Part shown: piece by piece, positions 12,290-25,160 of the stretch
How positions within the stretch are numbered: position 1 is the stretch's first letter
Layout of the letters: every line of letters starts with the position of its first letter
Assembly: GCA_051294905.1 (NCBI GenBank)
Contig: CM119371.1
Coordinates: 15,006,001 to 15,070,000, forward strand
Direction of reading: 5' to 3'
Origin: Botryllus schlosseri
Lineage: Eukaryota
DNA: 64,000 nucleotides
The notes under the pieces: model-generated
Told to the model about the DNA's origin: nothing
Databases searched by the model: none
Seen by the model: the letters and a program-made list of their open reading frames with translations, nothing else
Program-made: the position numbers and the translations under genes

Positions 12290-12735
12290 AATACTAGTCA
12301 GCCTTCAGGATTACCGGATCACGACCCGAAATTTACCTTTGTATTATCAGAAATTCTTGCTAGCCCGTTCACTGCAACGCCTATTATAAAATTCGTACTC
12401 CTGTAAAATCGAATAGTTTAAAAAAGTATTGATCTAATCAAACTTTCGGTCTGGTGCACAAGGCCACAGTAGCCGAGTACCAATAAAAAAAACATGCCAA
12501 GCAACCAACCTGACATATCGATCTCGCCATCCGCCACATGCCACCTCATTTTGTCACTTGCCTTATTCTTTGCGTTACTTTTCTTTCAGTATGCATGCCT
12601 CTACTTCGCCTAGGCCAAGGTGGGTGTCTGATTTCAAAGACTACTCCAAGTCGTTTCGACACCTTCCTATCTTTTCATTGTATCGCAGTTTTGTGGTGTT
12701 TTGAAATGTTGAAAATATTAATAAACTGATACTGA
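12290..12735 (+). mobile_element. 3' end/UTR fragment of a CR1/L2-group LINE
   Basis: Matches the reverse complement of 54985-55200 (CCAAGGTGGGTGTCTGAT...CCAAGTCG...TCATTGTATCGCAGTTTT); ends AATAAACTGATACTGA. Confidence 0.7.
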
Positions 12736-13399
12736 TGATGGTGAAAATATTTAACTAATGAATGTAAGGGTCAGGCCTGGGCATTGTATGACCCGCGAGC
12801 CAAACGCAGCCCACGAGGCGATTCTGAACGTCCCGGGAAAAGTTCCAAGGAATGTGGACTGTAAAATATATTTATTAATGTTAATGTGTGGAAAAATAGT
12901 ACTGTGTAAACTGTAAACTGATCCGGATATGCGTTTACTTTGAAGTCTAGTCTTTATGTACTGTGATTACGTAAGCTACATACGTCGTGCCAGTAAACTA
13001 GTATAAATATAAAGCCAAAATAGCAAGTTACACCGTAATAATTAAAGTTACAGGTCATTTTTTCATATTGAAGTACAAATCTTGTTTGTTGCCAAACCTG
13101 TGCTTTACAGGCCTGAGCTTTAAGCTGTTACGTCATCGTTTCCAAATCGTAATTCGTAAAATAATGCAATCAATGAACGTGATTAGCGGCCATCCTCACT
13201 CATAAACGATATTATGTCAAGTAATGAAAGGTGCGACTGAAGGCCGACACTTCAACAAGTCTGTTTACTGAAGTCAGTCGTGAACCGGTCATTTTAGTTT
13301 ATTGTGAGCACAGAGCAGATCTCCATGTTTAAGGAATATAATTTGAGTCAATTCAATTTAATTTTTAATTCATTTTAGTGCTAAAAAAGATTCATCATT

Positions 13400-13560
13400 T
13401 CAATGCACCATAAGACTGCGATACAATGAAAGATAGGAAGGTGTTGAAACGACTGTGGAGTGTGGAGCAGTCTTCGAAATCAGACACGCACCTGGTCTAG
13501 GCGTTGTAAAAAAGGGGGCATGCACGCTGAATGAAAAGTAGAAAATGATACAATGATACC
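13400..13560 (-). mobile_element. CR1/L2-group LINE 3' UTR fragment
   Basis: ACTGCGATACAATGAAAGATAGGAAGGTGTTGAAACGAC...GAAATCAGACAC is the reverse complement of the 12600-12700 block. Confidence 0.7.
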
Positions 13561-13809
13561 TGTGAAAAGAAAGGAGGCATGTGTCGGAAGGCGGTATATT
13601 ATGAGAGAAATCATGCAGTGAATACGCACCCTCAGCTGATACGGACCTGCTAGCGAAGCTAGCAAAACAATAAGGCTATTTTGTCAAGCCAAACAGAGCT
13701 AGGGACTCAGCCTAATAATAACACATCCACTTAGCAACAGGTGTTAGCAATGTAATTGACGATTTTCGATTTAGAAATAAACCAGCACGCCGCAGAATAT
13801 GGTTTTGAC

Positions 13810-14901
13810 CTGGGGCGGGCATCATACAGCCGTCGGGCCGGCCCCGGCCCGTGACAGTATTGTGAGCGGTCAACAGACAGTTTCCGGTTTTACATGATAA
13901 TGTTGCCCGCGGGCACAGTCTCCCGCAATCCCCCACTACTTGCTTACTATACGTCAAATTATAGTCACTGTAGGTTATTCTTTCACTGAACAAATCCAAT
14001 TTTGGCAACCTGATAAAGATGGCCATGAAATCACTTGTTCTGTTCGGGCGTGCATACATTTGCAAACAATCTTTTACGACCATGAACATTAGCAATAGAG
14101 CTGGGTTCAAGTCAACTGATGTTCACGTGCAGTTGGGGTTGCATTTAAAACAAATGGTTGTTAAAAACACTTTGTTTAAAACAGTATTTTCAACAAAGAC
14201 CTTTAAAAAAAATTGTATCAACATGTTGTATGAGCCTACGGACGACGATTGCCACCGATATAGCCGACATATACGATATGTGATGGTTGGAACCCTCGAA
14301 ACAGTCGGTTCGACAGCTATGGTACGTAATATACATCATTGGCACGGAATGAATGTTCTGATGATGATTACCGCCAACCGAAAAATTGCTACGATACGTT
14401 GTAGTCCTGATAAAAGATATTTTTGGTCCCTATATGACAGGGGTAGGAGGAATATTTCGTCAAAGGAGCTATATTGACCCTATATTTTCAATTGTGAATA
14501 TATATATCCATTATGACGTCACAATTGAATATGCGTGACGTCATGGCGTGAAAAAAACTCAATAAAAACATGTTTTTAACAAGAGCCTTGTTTTAAACAT
14601 GTTTGTTTTAAATTTATTTTTGTTATAAACACAACTCTACGTGCAGAGCAGGGTTTCTACGTCCGACATGCATCCAGGATTCAAAGAACTTGATGACAAC
14701 TTTGATCGACCACATATGTGTCATTGACAACAACAGCTATTGAAGTACAATGCGGTAATAAATCAGGTCAATACTGTTTTGGTCTCCCTGCTTTAGTCTT
14801 AAGTTCACATCAAATACGTTTTATTCCTTGTATAGGTGGATATCAGGCCATATCCGATATCCCATATCAGGCCCACCGACTAGAGAAGTTACCCGCGCCT
14901 G
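13810..14901 (+). mobile_element. hAT MITE family A, degenerate copy
   Basis: Left end CTGGGGCGGGCA and internal CAGTTTCCGGTTTTACATGATAATG match 28641ff; right end GAAGTTACCCGCGCCTG. Confidence 0.7.
14134..14639 (+). mobile_element. hAT MITE family D (TTTAAAAC repeats) nested in family A
   Basis: Ends TGGGGTTGCATT / ACAACTCTA; TSD CGTGCAGT / CGTGCAGA (7/8); related to 29537-29950. Confidence 0.75.
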
Positions 14902-15570
14902 GTCTAAACTTATGTCTCGGCCCGCCAACGTATTATCTGCTTCACATCTGACCCAGCGGGAAAATAACTGCCTACCCCTGGTATAGGTAATTGATATACA
15001 TTACATCGCATTCAGTCTTCAGCATCGCATGTGCATTTGTGTTTGTTAAGAGAATAAAGCAGTCCCTGATTAGGGTCATGCATATGATTAGGTTATTACG
15101 GTTATAATTTATATTTAAATATCGGGTTTCACACCACCTAAGCTTGAGAATACTGTGTGGAAAGATAATATTCATGGGGCAGCCAGACTGGAGTAACGCT
15201 AGAGACGGCCTTCCAGTTTTAGATTAGACCTACAACAGTGATTCCCAATCGTGGCTCTCAGAGCCGCGTGCGGCTCCAAGGTAGCCTTCTTGCGGCTCTG
15301 AATGACCTCGAAATATGCACAAAATGTAATAGACGACAATTGTTTTTTGTTTCTATAAATAGTCATAGTCAATTTCCGTATATGAATGCCAAAAATGAGC
15401 GATATCAGTTTTGTCTAAAGCCGTCCAACGCCCCTTCTGCAAACGGGGAAATGCTTCGCGATAGCGCGATTCAAATGAATAGATCGAGTCGAGTTTTGAC
15501 GAGGTAATGTTTGATAATGCTCTTTCCCCCTGACGAAGCCATGTGTCGCCTACTTCAGATACGTGGAACT

Positions 15571-16527
15571 CAGTGTTGGGATCAAGTCACTACCTTCGAG
15601 TCACGAGTCATTTCGAGTCATTGCACATTTTGACTCGAGTCAAGTCAAGTCAATCAATTTTCAAAGGTGACTCGAGTCAAGTCAAGTCACTCGATTTTTG
15701 GAGGTGACTCGAGTCAAGTCGAATCAAGTCAAGTCAAGTCACGAGTCAAGTCACATTTCAAGTCAAGTTGCCCTTTCGAAGTATGTATGAGGCATGATTA
15801 CGTCATTGCAATTTGCTAGCTGTCTGAAATACAGTTTGAGTGGTTATTGATTCTGAACCGATGAACGAATATAGAGTTAAATATACACACAAGCAGGCGT
15901 TGTATCGCTCACATATACGTAATTGCGTAGCCTCAGTTTACAGTTACCAGCCAAGATAGAGAATAGAGAAACGAATTGATAAGATGCAATACATTACCCG
16001 TTTACAAATAGATATGACAGGCTACCATTCGAGCCTGCGCCAATGGTTGAGGACTATATAAACTATATTCAACTTCAATTTCAATAAAACAAGAGTTTTG
16101 GTTAAGGTAAGAACAGAGAACAGCAGTAGATATTTTGTTATTCTATTACTTTACTAATAGAGTTACGACAACTTAACCTGTAAGCTTCGATCACTTCGTT
16201 TGCGGTCATTTATTTGTGAGAGAACAATCGAGTCTCGGTGAAACGCACGATCGTTGAATGATTGGTCGCTCTCACGGGTTACACGAGCGTTTCGCGAACA
16301 GTCCGAACATATCCAAGAAACGGTGATTATCGACACCGATTACGTGATGACTTGAAATTGACTCGTGAATTTTGCTCCGAGTCACGAGTCAATCCACATT
16401 TCTGATACGCCGAGTCAAGTCAAGTCAAGTCATTTTAGCAAAGTGACTCGAGTCAAGTCAAGTCATGCAAAAAAGGTGACTCGAGTCTGACTCGAGTCAA
16501 GTCATGACTCGTGTCATCCCAACACTG
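15571..16527 (+). mobile_element. hAT MITE family B, full copy
   Basis: TIR CAGTGTTGGGAT / ATCCCAACACTG; TSD GTGGAACT; GACTCGAGTCAAGTCAAGTCA arrays at both ends. Confidence 0.93.
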
Positions 16528-17032
16528 GTGGAACTTGCGTAGCAGTGCAGTATATGCCGAATTAACATTCCGTGGTTTGCTTAGTGGATTTAAAAAACTC
16601 ATACAACGGTTCAAACGCTTGCCGAGCAGTTGTAACTTTGGGTCACACCTTATGCAAGACTATCATCCTTTAATACTATGGTATCGCGAAGTTAGAATAA
16701 TATAGTATAACATATATTTCCGGTCGATCTATTATTATAATATACATTTCAGTCTTCCGGTATTCTTATAGCAGAATAGATTTTAGGACTCTGAGATGAC
16801 GATTGTTTACAAAAAAATCCGAACCACACCAGAGCAATCTGCTGTCACAATTGAAAGCAAATGGGGAGTTTTGCGACGTCACAATTACATGTGGACACAT
16901 CGAAGTTATCATTCGAGTCTGACAGTCGTCGAGTGAGGACGTCTTGACAGCGCACGAACAGGAGACGGTGGATTATTACCGTGATTACTGTCTTGTTACG
17001 GTTAGTACTGTACAAGACAGTCGTATAGTAAA

Positions 17033-18268
17033 ATGGAGCAAGATCAGGAAGTCATGGACCTGCGCAAACAGTCGCAAAAAAGGAAAGGCGATGATAGTAT
17101 TGATAAGGATGATCCGACTAGCAAGATACGGGTTACGGAAAAAGTCAGGAATCCTTCTCAGGAGCAGCCAAAACACTTTGTTATCATATCGGGCAAAGAA
17201 CGACAGATGAAGAACTACCTTCCTACGGCTGTCAACAGATCCCTGTTCAAGTTGATAGGAGCGTATAAGGAAATCAGAATACTCAGATCGGGAGATCTAC
17301 TATTGGAATGCTACAACAGAAAACAAACGGACATCATGCTGAACTGTGATGATCTAGGAGAAGAAAACAAACGAATCCCTATCACAGTCAAGAAATTCCT
17401 TCCGGACCCCACAAAATCCAGAGCAGTTATATCGGGAGTACCATTGGAAATTCCAGAATATGAGATCAAGTCCATGCTCACTTCGTACAACACTACATTC
17501 ATCAAGAGGTTGAAGCGCAGATATAACGGGAAATATATTGATTGTCAATCAGTTCTTATAGGTTTCAGTACCATTGAATATCCAGAAGTTCAACATATGG
17601 AGTATTTACGATTTCACACCAAACAGTACACACCTGCCCCAAGACGGTGCTACAAATGCAATCATTACGGTCATCGAGCCAAACACTGCAGAGGATCAGC
17701 AGTTTGCTCCAATTGCGGCAGTAAGGAACACTCGCGAGACAAATGTGATAGCGACAGGTACTGTGTAAATTCCAAAGGTACTCATAGTGCAGCATACGGC
17801 GGCTGCGCAGTATATAAAGAGGAAAAGTCCATTGAGAAGGTTCGTAATACGGAACATTTATCTTACTGGGAGGCTAAGACCCAGGTCCGAAAGAAGAAAT
17901 TAGATCGAACGACCACACCCAAGGTTTGGAGCAACCCACCTAGAATTACCAGACAAAATGCCGCCGAAGACCGCATACAAGCAGCAAAAGATATGCAGAT
18001 CGATTGGGCGCGGGTGTCCAACATACCCACAGCGAAAAATCCTGTTGCCAGCAGTCAGCGAGAAGATAATGAAAATGAAATTATGATAATGCAGAGCCAA
18101 ATTCTGATTGAACGCTTACGAACGAACCCTGGCAGCTTCTACTGTATCATAGCTGAGGTTGTGCAAAAAGTACTCGCAGCCGCTCTTAATCGCGAAGAGG
18201 CTGACATACTTAAAATTATGTCTACTTGTTTAAGCACAGGTGAAGTCGAACCAGAAAGTTTAATTTAA
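17033..18268 (+). CDS. LINE ORF1, gag-like nucleic-acid-binding protein, 411 aa
   Basis: Zinc knuckles CYKCNHYGHRAKHC, CSNCGSKEHSRDKC and a degenerate CVNSKGTHSAAYGGC; LRSGDLLLEC and VISGVP motifs typical of I-group ORF1. Confidence 0.9.
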   Translation: MEQDQEVMDLRKQSQKRKGDDSIDKDDPTSKIRVTEKVRNPSQEQPKHFVIISGKERQMKNYLPTAVNRSLFKLIGAYKEIRILRSGDLLLECYNRKQTDIMLNCDDLGEENKRIPITVKKFLPDPTKSRAVISGVPLEIPEYEIKSMLTSYNTTFIKRLKRRYNGKYIDCQSVLIGFSTIEYPEVQHMEYLRFHTKQYTPAPRRCYKCNHYGHRAKHCRGSAVCSNCGSKEHSRDKCDSDRYCVNSKGTHSAAYGGCAVYKEEKSIEKVRNTEHLSYWEAKTQVRKKKLDRTTTPKVWSNPPRITRQNAAEDRIQAAKDMQIDWARVSNIPTAKNPVASSQREDNENEIMIMQSQILIERLRTNPGSFYCIIAEVVQKVLAAALNREEADILKIMSTCLSTGEVEPESLI

Positions 18269-21200
18269 ACGACTCTGGCCTAGTCATATTGCAATGGAAC
18301 TGTGGATCTATCTACCGAAAGTTACCAGAACTGAAACGATATATTTCGTCGCTTTCGCAAAAGCCAGATATAATTATGATACAGGAAACACACCTTATAC
18401 ATAAATATCAGCCAAAAATGGATGGGTATTTACTTGAACGAAGAGACAGAAATATCCATGGGGGAGGATTGGCAACTTTTATTCGCGAGGGTTTGGATCC
18501 CAAAGAGATGCAATCTCAGCAAGATGCCTCATTAGAAACACAGATCTTTAAGATAGGCGATTTCAAGCTAATTAACGTCTACGCTCCGCCCAGCGACCAC
18601 GAAATATCATTTTCATTCCTAAAAGAATGCAAAGCGAAAACACTGGTTTTCGGAGACTTTAATGCTCATCATGAAACCTGGTCACACTTCTCGAACGAGC
18701 GGGGCAAATCCATCGACAGTGCTCTTAGCGAAAATAATTTAGTACTTTTGAATACAACAAGTCCAACATGATTGAACTTGGCAATCAACGCAAGGCGCAG
18801 ATGGAGTCTGTTAGATCTTTCGATCGCATCTTCAGATATCGCTCACAGATGTACCACCTCAGTAACCGAACATTTCATGGGGAGTGATCATTGCGTCATA
18901 TTGACATATTTAGACTGCAATATTGAACAATCAGGCAACGTAAAAATTCCTAGATGGAATTTTGAGAGGGCGGATTGGGTCAAGTTTGCGGAAATTGCCG
19001 ATGAACTCTCAGCCATGAATACAAGTGATCTAACATTAAATGAAAGCGCCGAGCTCATCACACGCTGCCTGCTTCAGGCAGGATTGCAATCCATACCTTC
19101 AACCTCTGCAGCCAGTAGTCATGGCAAAATACCTGTACCATGGTGGAATGAAGATTGTGCGAAAGCGCAGAGATTACGACGTGCCGCTTATTTCAAAATG
19201 AAACGAACATTCTCCCCGCAACATGTTATAGCATTTAAACAGCGAAGAGCTGCATGCCGAAGAACAATCATGAGTGCGAAGAAACAGAGCTGGCAGAACT
19301 ACTGTGAAACCCTTGGCAAACAAACCAGTTTATCAAAGGTGTGGGGCATGGCAAAAGCATTTACTGGGCGGCGCCAATCAGTATTTATTCCCACACTTAA
19401 CCACGGTCAACTTGTTGTATCAAGTAACACAGAAAAGGCAAATTTGTTAGCAGACATGTACAGTCAAGTTAGTAGTGATAATAACTACTCCAGCACTTTT
19501 TCAAACAGAAAGGTGTACTTCGAGAAAAATACATTTGACTCGCTGCCACTGGAGCTGGAAAACGATGATGCGATAAACTGCCCATTCACTTTGGACGAAT
19601 TGAAGCGAGCGATATCAAAGAAAAAGCCCACTGCAACTGGGCAAGATAAGGTCAGTTATGAAATGCTAAAACACTTGAGCGCAACCGCATTGGAACAATT
19701 ATTACGTTTATATAATGACTCCTGGAACGAGGGGACGGTGCCTAAGGCCTGGCTCCATTCCATCATAATACCGATACTTAAATCCGGGAAAACGAAGTCA
19801 TCGGCAGCATCTTACCGTCCCATTGCTTTAACCAGTCATCTGTCTAAGATAATGGAGACAATGATAGCAAATCGATTAAAATGGTATCTGCAACAGCATG
19901 ATATATTGAGCCCCGTTCAGTCTGGATATCGGACAGGCCGAGGCACACTTGACCATATCCTAGCACTACATGATGATATCTATAAAACGATTTACAATCA
20001 ACGCTCCGCAGTTGCAATATTTGTGGACTTCGAACGTGCGTACGACACGGTCTGGCGCAAGGGCCTCCTGGCAAAAATTTTTGCCATCGGTCTACGGGGT
20101 AAAATCATTAGGTGGTTGTCGTCATTCCTATCGAAGAGAACCGCTCAAGTTCGCGTGGGAAATGATCTGTCACAGACATTCGATATCGAGACAGGCATTG
20201 TACAGGGCAGCGTAATCAGTCCAATATTGTTTTTGATCATGATTAACGACCTTCCAGAGTGTCTCTCCACCAAGAACGCTCTGTTTGCTGACGATCTTGT
20301 GTTTTGGGAGTCTGGACTGAACATTACCGAGGTATCCGACTCCTTACAGAATGACTTGAATTGTCTTAAACAGTGGTGCGATCGATGGGGAATGAAAGTC
20401 AATGCAACAAAAACGGTGTCAGTTGTCTTTAGCAACAAAAGGAAAATACCAAATCTCCAATTTAAATACAGTGGTCAGAACATAGCGACAGCAGAATCGG
20501 CAAAGTACCTCGGAATTACCTTCGACAAGAGGTTATCATACAAACTACATGTTGAATCTGTTTTACATAAATGCACTGCTCGAATAAACTTTCTGCGGAT
20601 GATTTCAGGAACCTCTTGGGGAGCTGCAAAAGAAACTATGCTAACCTTGTATCGTACTCTTATTCGATCTATAATTGAATATGGAATTGAGGCATTTCAT
20701 TTTGGTCACCGACGATATCTAGAAAAAGTCGAGCGTCTACAAAACAACGCACTGCGGCTTTGTTGCGGAGGGATGAGGAGCACCCCAATTATTTCTATAC
20801 TGTCTGCGTGTGGGGAAATGCCACTGGACCTACGACACAGGTATTTATGTATGAAATTCAGATCCAAGGTGAATGCTGATTTGCAGCACCCGTGGCGAGT
20901 GCAGCTTCTCCAGTTATCGTGGGAGGAACAATGGCCGAAAAGAAAGCAATTCGTTTGCTTCAATCAAATTACATATCGACCGAATTGCGACGAAAATGGA
21001 GATGGTCTGTTGCAGTTGAGTAAAATAACCCATCCACCTTGGACGTTGCGTCGAGCACGTATAGATTTAACATTGACGAGTCTGCAGTTTAAAGAATGTT
21101 CCTCTTTGTTACCGCTAATCAATGAACATATCTGTAGACGATTCCCGGGATACTTGCAGATTTTCACTGACGGATCAAAAACTACGACGGGCGCTGCGGC

Positions 21201-21990
21201 GGCGTTTTATGTATCGCGAACTATCAACGGTGCAACCACTATCATAAAGGAATCGAGTTCCTTCACTGCAGAATTGGTGGGAATGAGCTTAGCTCTACAA
21301 TGGGCTGTGGAAAACAGCAATACGAATATACTGATACTCGTGGACTGCTTGAGCGCAATTCAAGCGATTGACAATGTGTATGGGCGATCCCATCACCTCG
21401 TCGCACCAATTTTACGGACGATCCATCGGATATCGGAGGCAGGATACGAGATCGCTATTGTTTGGATACCTGGTCATTATCGAATTCCCGGGAATGAAAA
21501 GGCAGATGAATTGGCCAGACGAGCGAGTCAAGCCAGTGTGCAAACGACTGAATTCAAACCTTCCGTACGAGACATCGGTGCTTCGCGTCGGAAGGCGTGC
21601 ATCGAGCTATGGAATAACCGCTATTTACAATCGGATAAGTCACAACAATATAAGGAATGTTTTCCAACCGTATACCACAGAGCAGACGTGAATGGCCTAC
21701 CGAAAAGGTATCAGGCGATTATGTTCCGACTACAAACCGGACATTGTGGACTAAAAGCACATCTATTCAAATTGGGAATAGCAGATTCAGCCAATTGCTC
21801 AACGTGCCGCCAAGAAGAGAGTGTCGCCCATTATTTATTGACGTGTCGAAATTATAGACACCAGAGAAGAGTTCTCGAGGACACGTGTCGGAGGAAGAAT
21901 ATCGCTCCCACCGTAACAAACTTTTTGACTGACACGCATATTTTTCCATACGTTGTGGAGTTCGTTCTCGCAACGAAGCCATATATTTGA
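18244..21990 (+). pseudogene. LINE ORF2: APE endonuclease - reverse transcriptase - RNase H - C-terminal Cys/His motif; one premature TGA
   Basis: ILQWN, IQET, GDFNAH and SDH (APE); YRPIALTS, QGSVISP and FADD (RT); FTDGS, AEL, WIPGH and GNEKAD (RNase H); CSTC..ESVAHYLLTC. Single in-frame TGA at 18769-71 (SPT*, plausibly CGA>TGA). Confidence 0.92.
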
Positions 21991-23904
21991 GTTTATATTT
22001 TGTAATGCAATACCCACTCCTAGATGATAAATGACTTTTTGAATATGGCGAACAAAACCACTTGCGTTATAATCGCCAATCAAATAATAATCAACAACAA
22101 CAACATCGAAGTTATGGCGCATAAATGCGTGTTAGCCGCATCCACGGAATATTTTAGGGGAATGTTCTCGAACGAAACGTACGAAGCCAACACCGGATCT
22201 ATTGACTTATCCTCGGCAATGGCTCCCGAGGTTTTGAGCCAATACGTCGACTTCATTTATTTGGGTCTGTGGGGATCTCCAAGCTATTAGCGAGAGGCCT
22301 GCTTGATGCTGCAGATGCCGAAACTATCTGAACTATGCGTCGAATTCCTGGCCGAAAACATTGATCTGACAACGTTCGCGGAAGTGATCAACTTGTCTCG
22401 TCTCTATATAACAAGGATGCTTTAAATGGGCCGATATTGACATTTCTTGATGCTAATCTATATGCGCTCGTAACGTCTACCCGTATCAACTTGCTGGATT
22501 ACGAAAAGATGGATTATTGTTTCGATTTGATGAGGGGTTCGTTTCGATCGTCCGAGCTCATAAAATGGGCCGGGCTGGTGGTGTGGACGAACGCGAATGT
22601 CGAAGAAAGAAAAACCCAGTTTCACGATATATTTCTAAAGATCGATTTACAACGCATTCCGCGAGAAATCGTTAAAAAGCAAATTTGTACAGTGGATCTA
22701 ATCGATGGCTCGCTGAAATGCCTGCAGCATATCTGTAATTACTTCGCAGGCAAGCTACCTCCCTCTGCGAATAGGATCCCGCCGATGAGCCACATCACGT
22801 CGATTAATAAAGCTACGAAAGTGGTTTACCAATACGATTTGTGCAATGAGACGTGGAAAAAATCCGGTGAACTGCCATCAACTGTTAGCCAGTATTGCCA
22901 GGCTGTGGAGCATCACGGGATACTTTACGTTGGCGACAGTGTTTCTTTGCACGCCTTCAACGGGACAGAATGGAGATGTGTAATGACAATGGGGGAAGAA
23001 GACGGTATAGCGACGGCGAAGACGGTGCATGGCCGCGATAAGTCACAGTATAATCAGATTATTTGCACAGGAAAATGGGTGATAATGGTCTCCATTCGGT
23101 CAAGTAAGATGTTTGATATAGCCTCTGGTGAGGGGCACAGGGTGGATTACGAGGATATGCGACTTTCGGATGGATTTTTTGTTGCGAGCGATAAAAAGTC
23201 GGTTTATGTGTTGGGAGGACGGGAAGGATACACTGATGCAGACGAAAGCAACTCTGTTTCAAGATTGATACTCCAAAAAAAGGAGTATTCGCAATCTCCG
23301 TCGATGATCAATGGGAGGGCGTACGGGGCAGGCATTTGGTACAAGGAATTTCTGTACGCTCTTGGAGGTGTAACGTGTACGGTCGAATTCCTAAACGAGC
23401 AGACGAGGCAATGGCAGATATTGAGCAGTTTGGAGATACAATGTCGACATGCCAAAGTCCACCTTTCCGACAAGCTGTACATATTTGGCGATGTGTTGGC
23501 ACTGACGTTAAAACTATTGAACTACGCAAGCTTGAAATCCCCGCGAATGAGGCGCAACCTAACAAACGCAGTGCTGGCGACATGGAGGCGTGCTGCGCGT
23601 CGTATGCCAAGTATATCAAGCTTTCAAATTGAACATTATTGTCCAATGCTTTGTTCTTTTTCTTGTTCGATACATTATCCATTGTGTGCGGCATTACATT
23701 GGGCAATAGCGACGAGTCATCATTCTAGATACATTATAGTATCAAAAATGCAATCAGTTGTAATTCAGCATTTGTCCCAATTTGATTTCGGCATGTACAG
23801 CATGTAAATAAAAGGCATGCACACTAGATTTGATAAAGGAAAACATAAAAGTAAGCGACAAAAATGAAAAGTAAGCGACAAAAATGAATAAACAATGTGC
23901 TTTT

Positions 23905-24290
23905 ATAGGCGAGGTCGATATGTCATATTGCGGTCAGGTGATCTTGAGGGCGGACTATAGTATTGATTCAGTGGAAATTACATGTATATCGATTTGACAC
24001 ATGTCGGATAGCCGGCGAGATGCTGTTCCGCACTGCAGGTCCGGCATACTTAATATAGGGCGATACGCTTCCTTGTATTCCATCCTGATCATATGATATA
24101 GTTGTTCTTTGAGGACGCGCGTGTGCTGTAGCTATGCGCATTTGATGCCGAGGTTAAGTCGTGAAGTAGTAGTTAAAATTGGTGGGACTTTGATCACAAT
24201 GGAACTGATACATACTTGGCAATTTTTAGCTTCCTCATATCGTCCATGTCTAGAACACCAAATCTTTTGAGTAGCGAACCGACGTCTCAA
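23905..24290 (-). mobile_element. CR1/L2-group LINE ORF2 C-terminal fragment
   Basis: Minus strand reads LLKRFGVLDMDDMRKLKIAKYV...ASNAHSYSTRASSKNNY; collinear with 55140-55510. Confidence 0.75.
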
Positions 24291-24734
24291 AAAACAATCA
24301 TTTCTAGTGTCTACCACATGTTTTACTGTTCAATTATATACAAAATCAATGTTTGCTTCATATTATACTTTTTAATCATCACTTGATTAATTGTTAATAT
24401 TCGAGCAAACGGATATTTGAATTCAGTCCATTTGGCCGATGGCGAGCTTATTCTGCAGTAGACGTTCCTATGAACTAGTATTTATATATTGACCCGTTTC
24501 AATTTCTTAATCGATATAATCGATATATTTAGCCGCCTTTATGGTAGTAATGAATCGTAAGTACAGTATTGGAAACTTCAAAATGATAAATCATGGGATA
24601 GGCCTACCAATATTCCGTAAGCGAATAAAGGCGTTGCTATAATTGAACTAAATGATCAGTAATATATTCTTATAGTTTGTTTGACAAACTTGGCACACTT
24701 CCGCATTGTCGATGTAACTAACTTTGGATCTAAA

Positions 24735-25160
24735 ACGCATTTCCACGCAGATCGTGTATCACGCTCTACTGGCAGCTACCCGCAGTTCAATTATAGTTCC
24801 AAGCTTCCAACAAACCGATTTATAACTTTTGCGGCAGGGAAATTTGTTAACTGATATAATTTGATCAACTTTACTTATTAATTGTCAAGATTCGTCGTGT
24901 CTAACATAACGTTGCGCTACACGCCTATTTTGTAACGGCAGTGCCAGCACGCTGCCTCACAATCGCATTGTGGATGGCTATGTCTGTAATTTCAATTTGT
25001 CAACGTGGACGTCACTGCCAAACGAGTTCATTTCTCGCTTGCGATTAAGAAGACAATGAGGATTTGAAAATTGGATTGCCACACAGGCACCGCCAAGTCT
25101 GTATTCTTCTCTGCGATTAATCAACGTATTGTGAAAAACTTAAATCGCGTGCCACTGTGA
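24735..25160 (-). mobile_element. Internal fragment related to the 4349-5569 MITE
   Basis: CACGCAGATCGTGTA and CCCGCAGTTCAATTATAGTTCCAA are reverse complements of sequence in 4940-5026. Confidence 0.65.

Larger units (their letters stand above)
12772..14980 (+). mobile_element. Old composite hAT MITE containing nested insertions
   Basis: Degenerate TIRs CAGGCCTGGGCA / TGCCTACCCCTG; flanks GTAAGGGT / GTATAGGT (6/8). Confidence 0.45.
16910..22102 (+). mobile_element. Full-length I-group (Nimb/I-like) LINE with RNase H
   Basis: 13-bp TSD ACATCGAAGTTAT (16897-16909, 22103-22115); 5' end CATTC with GGACG about 28 nt downstream (Inr/DPE-like); two ORFs; (TAA)n(CAA)n tail. Confidence 0.93.
16796..23632 (+). 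pseudogene. BTB-BACK-Kelch paralogue 2, split by a LINE insertion and frameshifted
   Basis: 5' part 16796-16909 reads MTIVYKK[+1 in A7 run]SEPHQSNLLSQLKANGEFCDVTITCGHIEV. It resumes after 22115 as MAHKCVLAASTEYF. Further frameshifts at ~22265-22410 and ~23500; C-terminus RSAGDMEACCASYAKYIKLSN* at 23632. Confidence 0.88.

Noticed and set aside
15571..16527. GACTCGAGTCAAGTCA arrays (also CCGACT arrays at 40657-42687 and ~76-bp repeats at 59560-59760) as CRISPR-like arrays
   Set aside because: No unique regular spacers and no cas genes; the arrays are subterminal or internal repeats bounded by TIRs and 8-bp TSDs in eukaryotic DNA
18264..18270. TTTAAAC slippery heptamer at the ORF1/ORF2 junction
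   Set aside because: It is phased in the ORF2 frame and spans the ORF1 stop, so it cannot act as a canonical -1 site for ORF1 ribosomes
22437..23807. 456-aa ORF as an intact gene
   Set aside because: Lacks the BTB start and drifts out of the homologous frame near 23500; part of pseudogene 2
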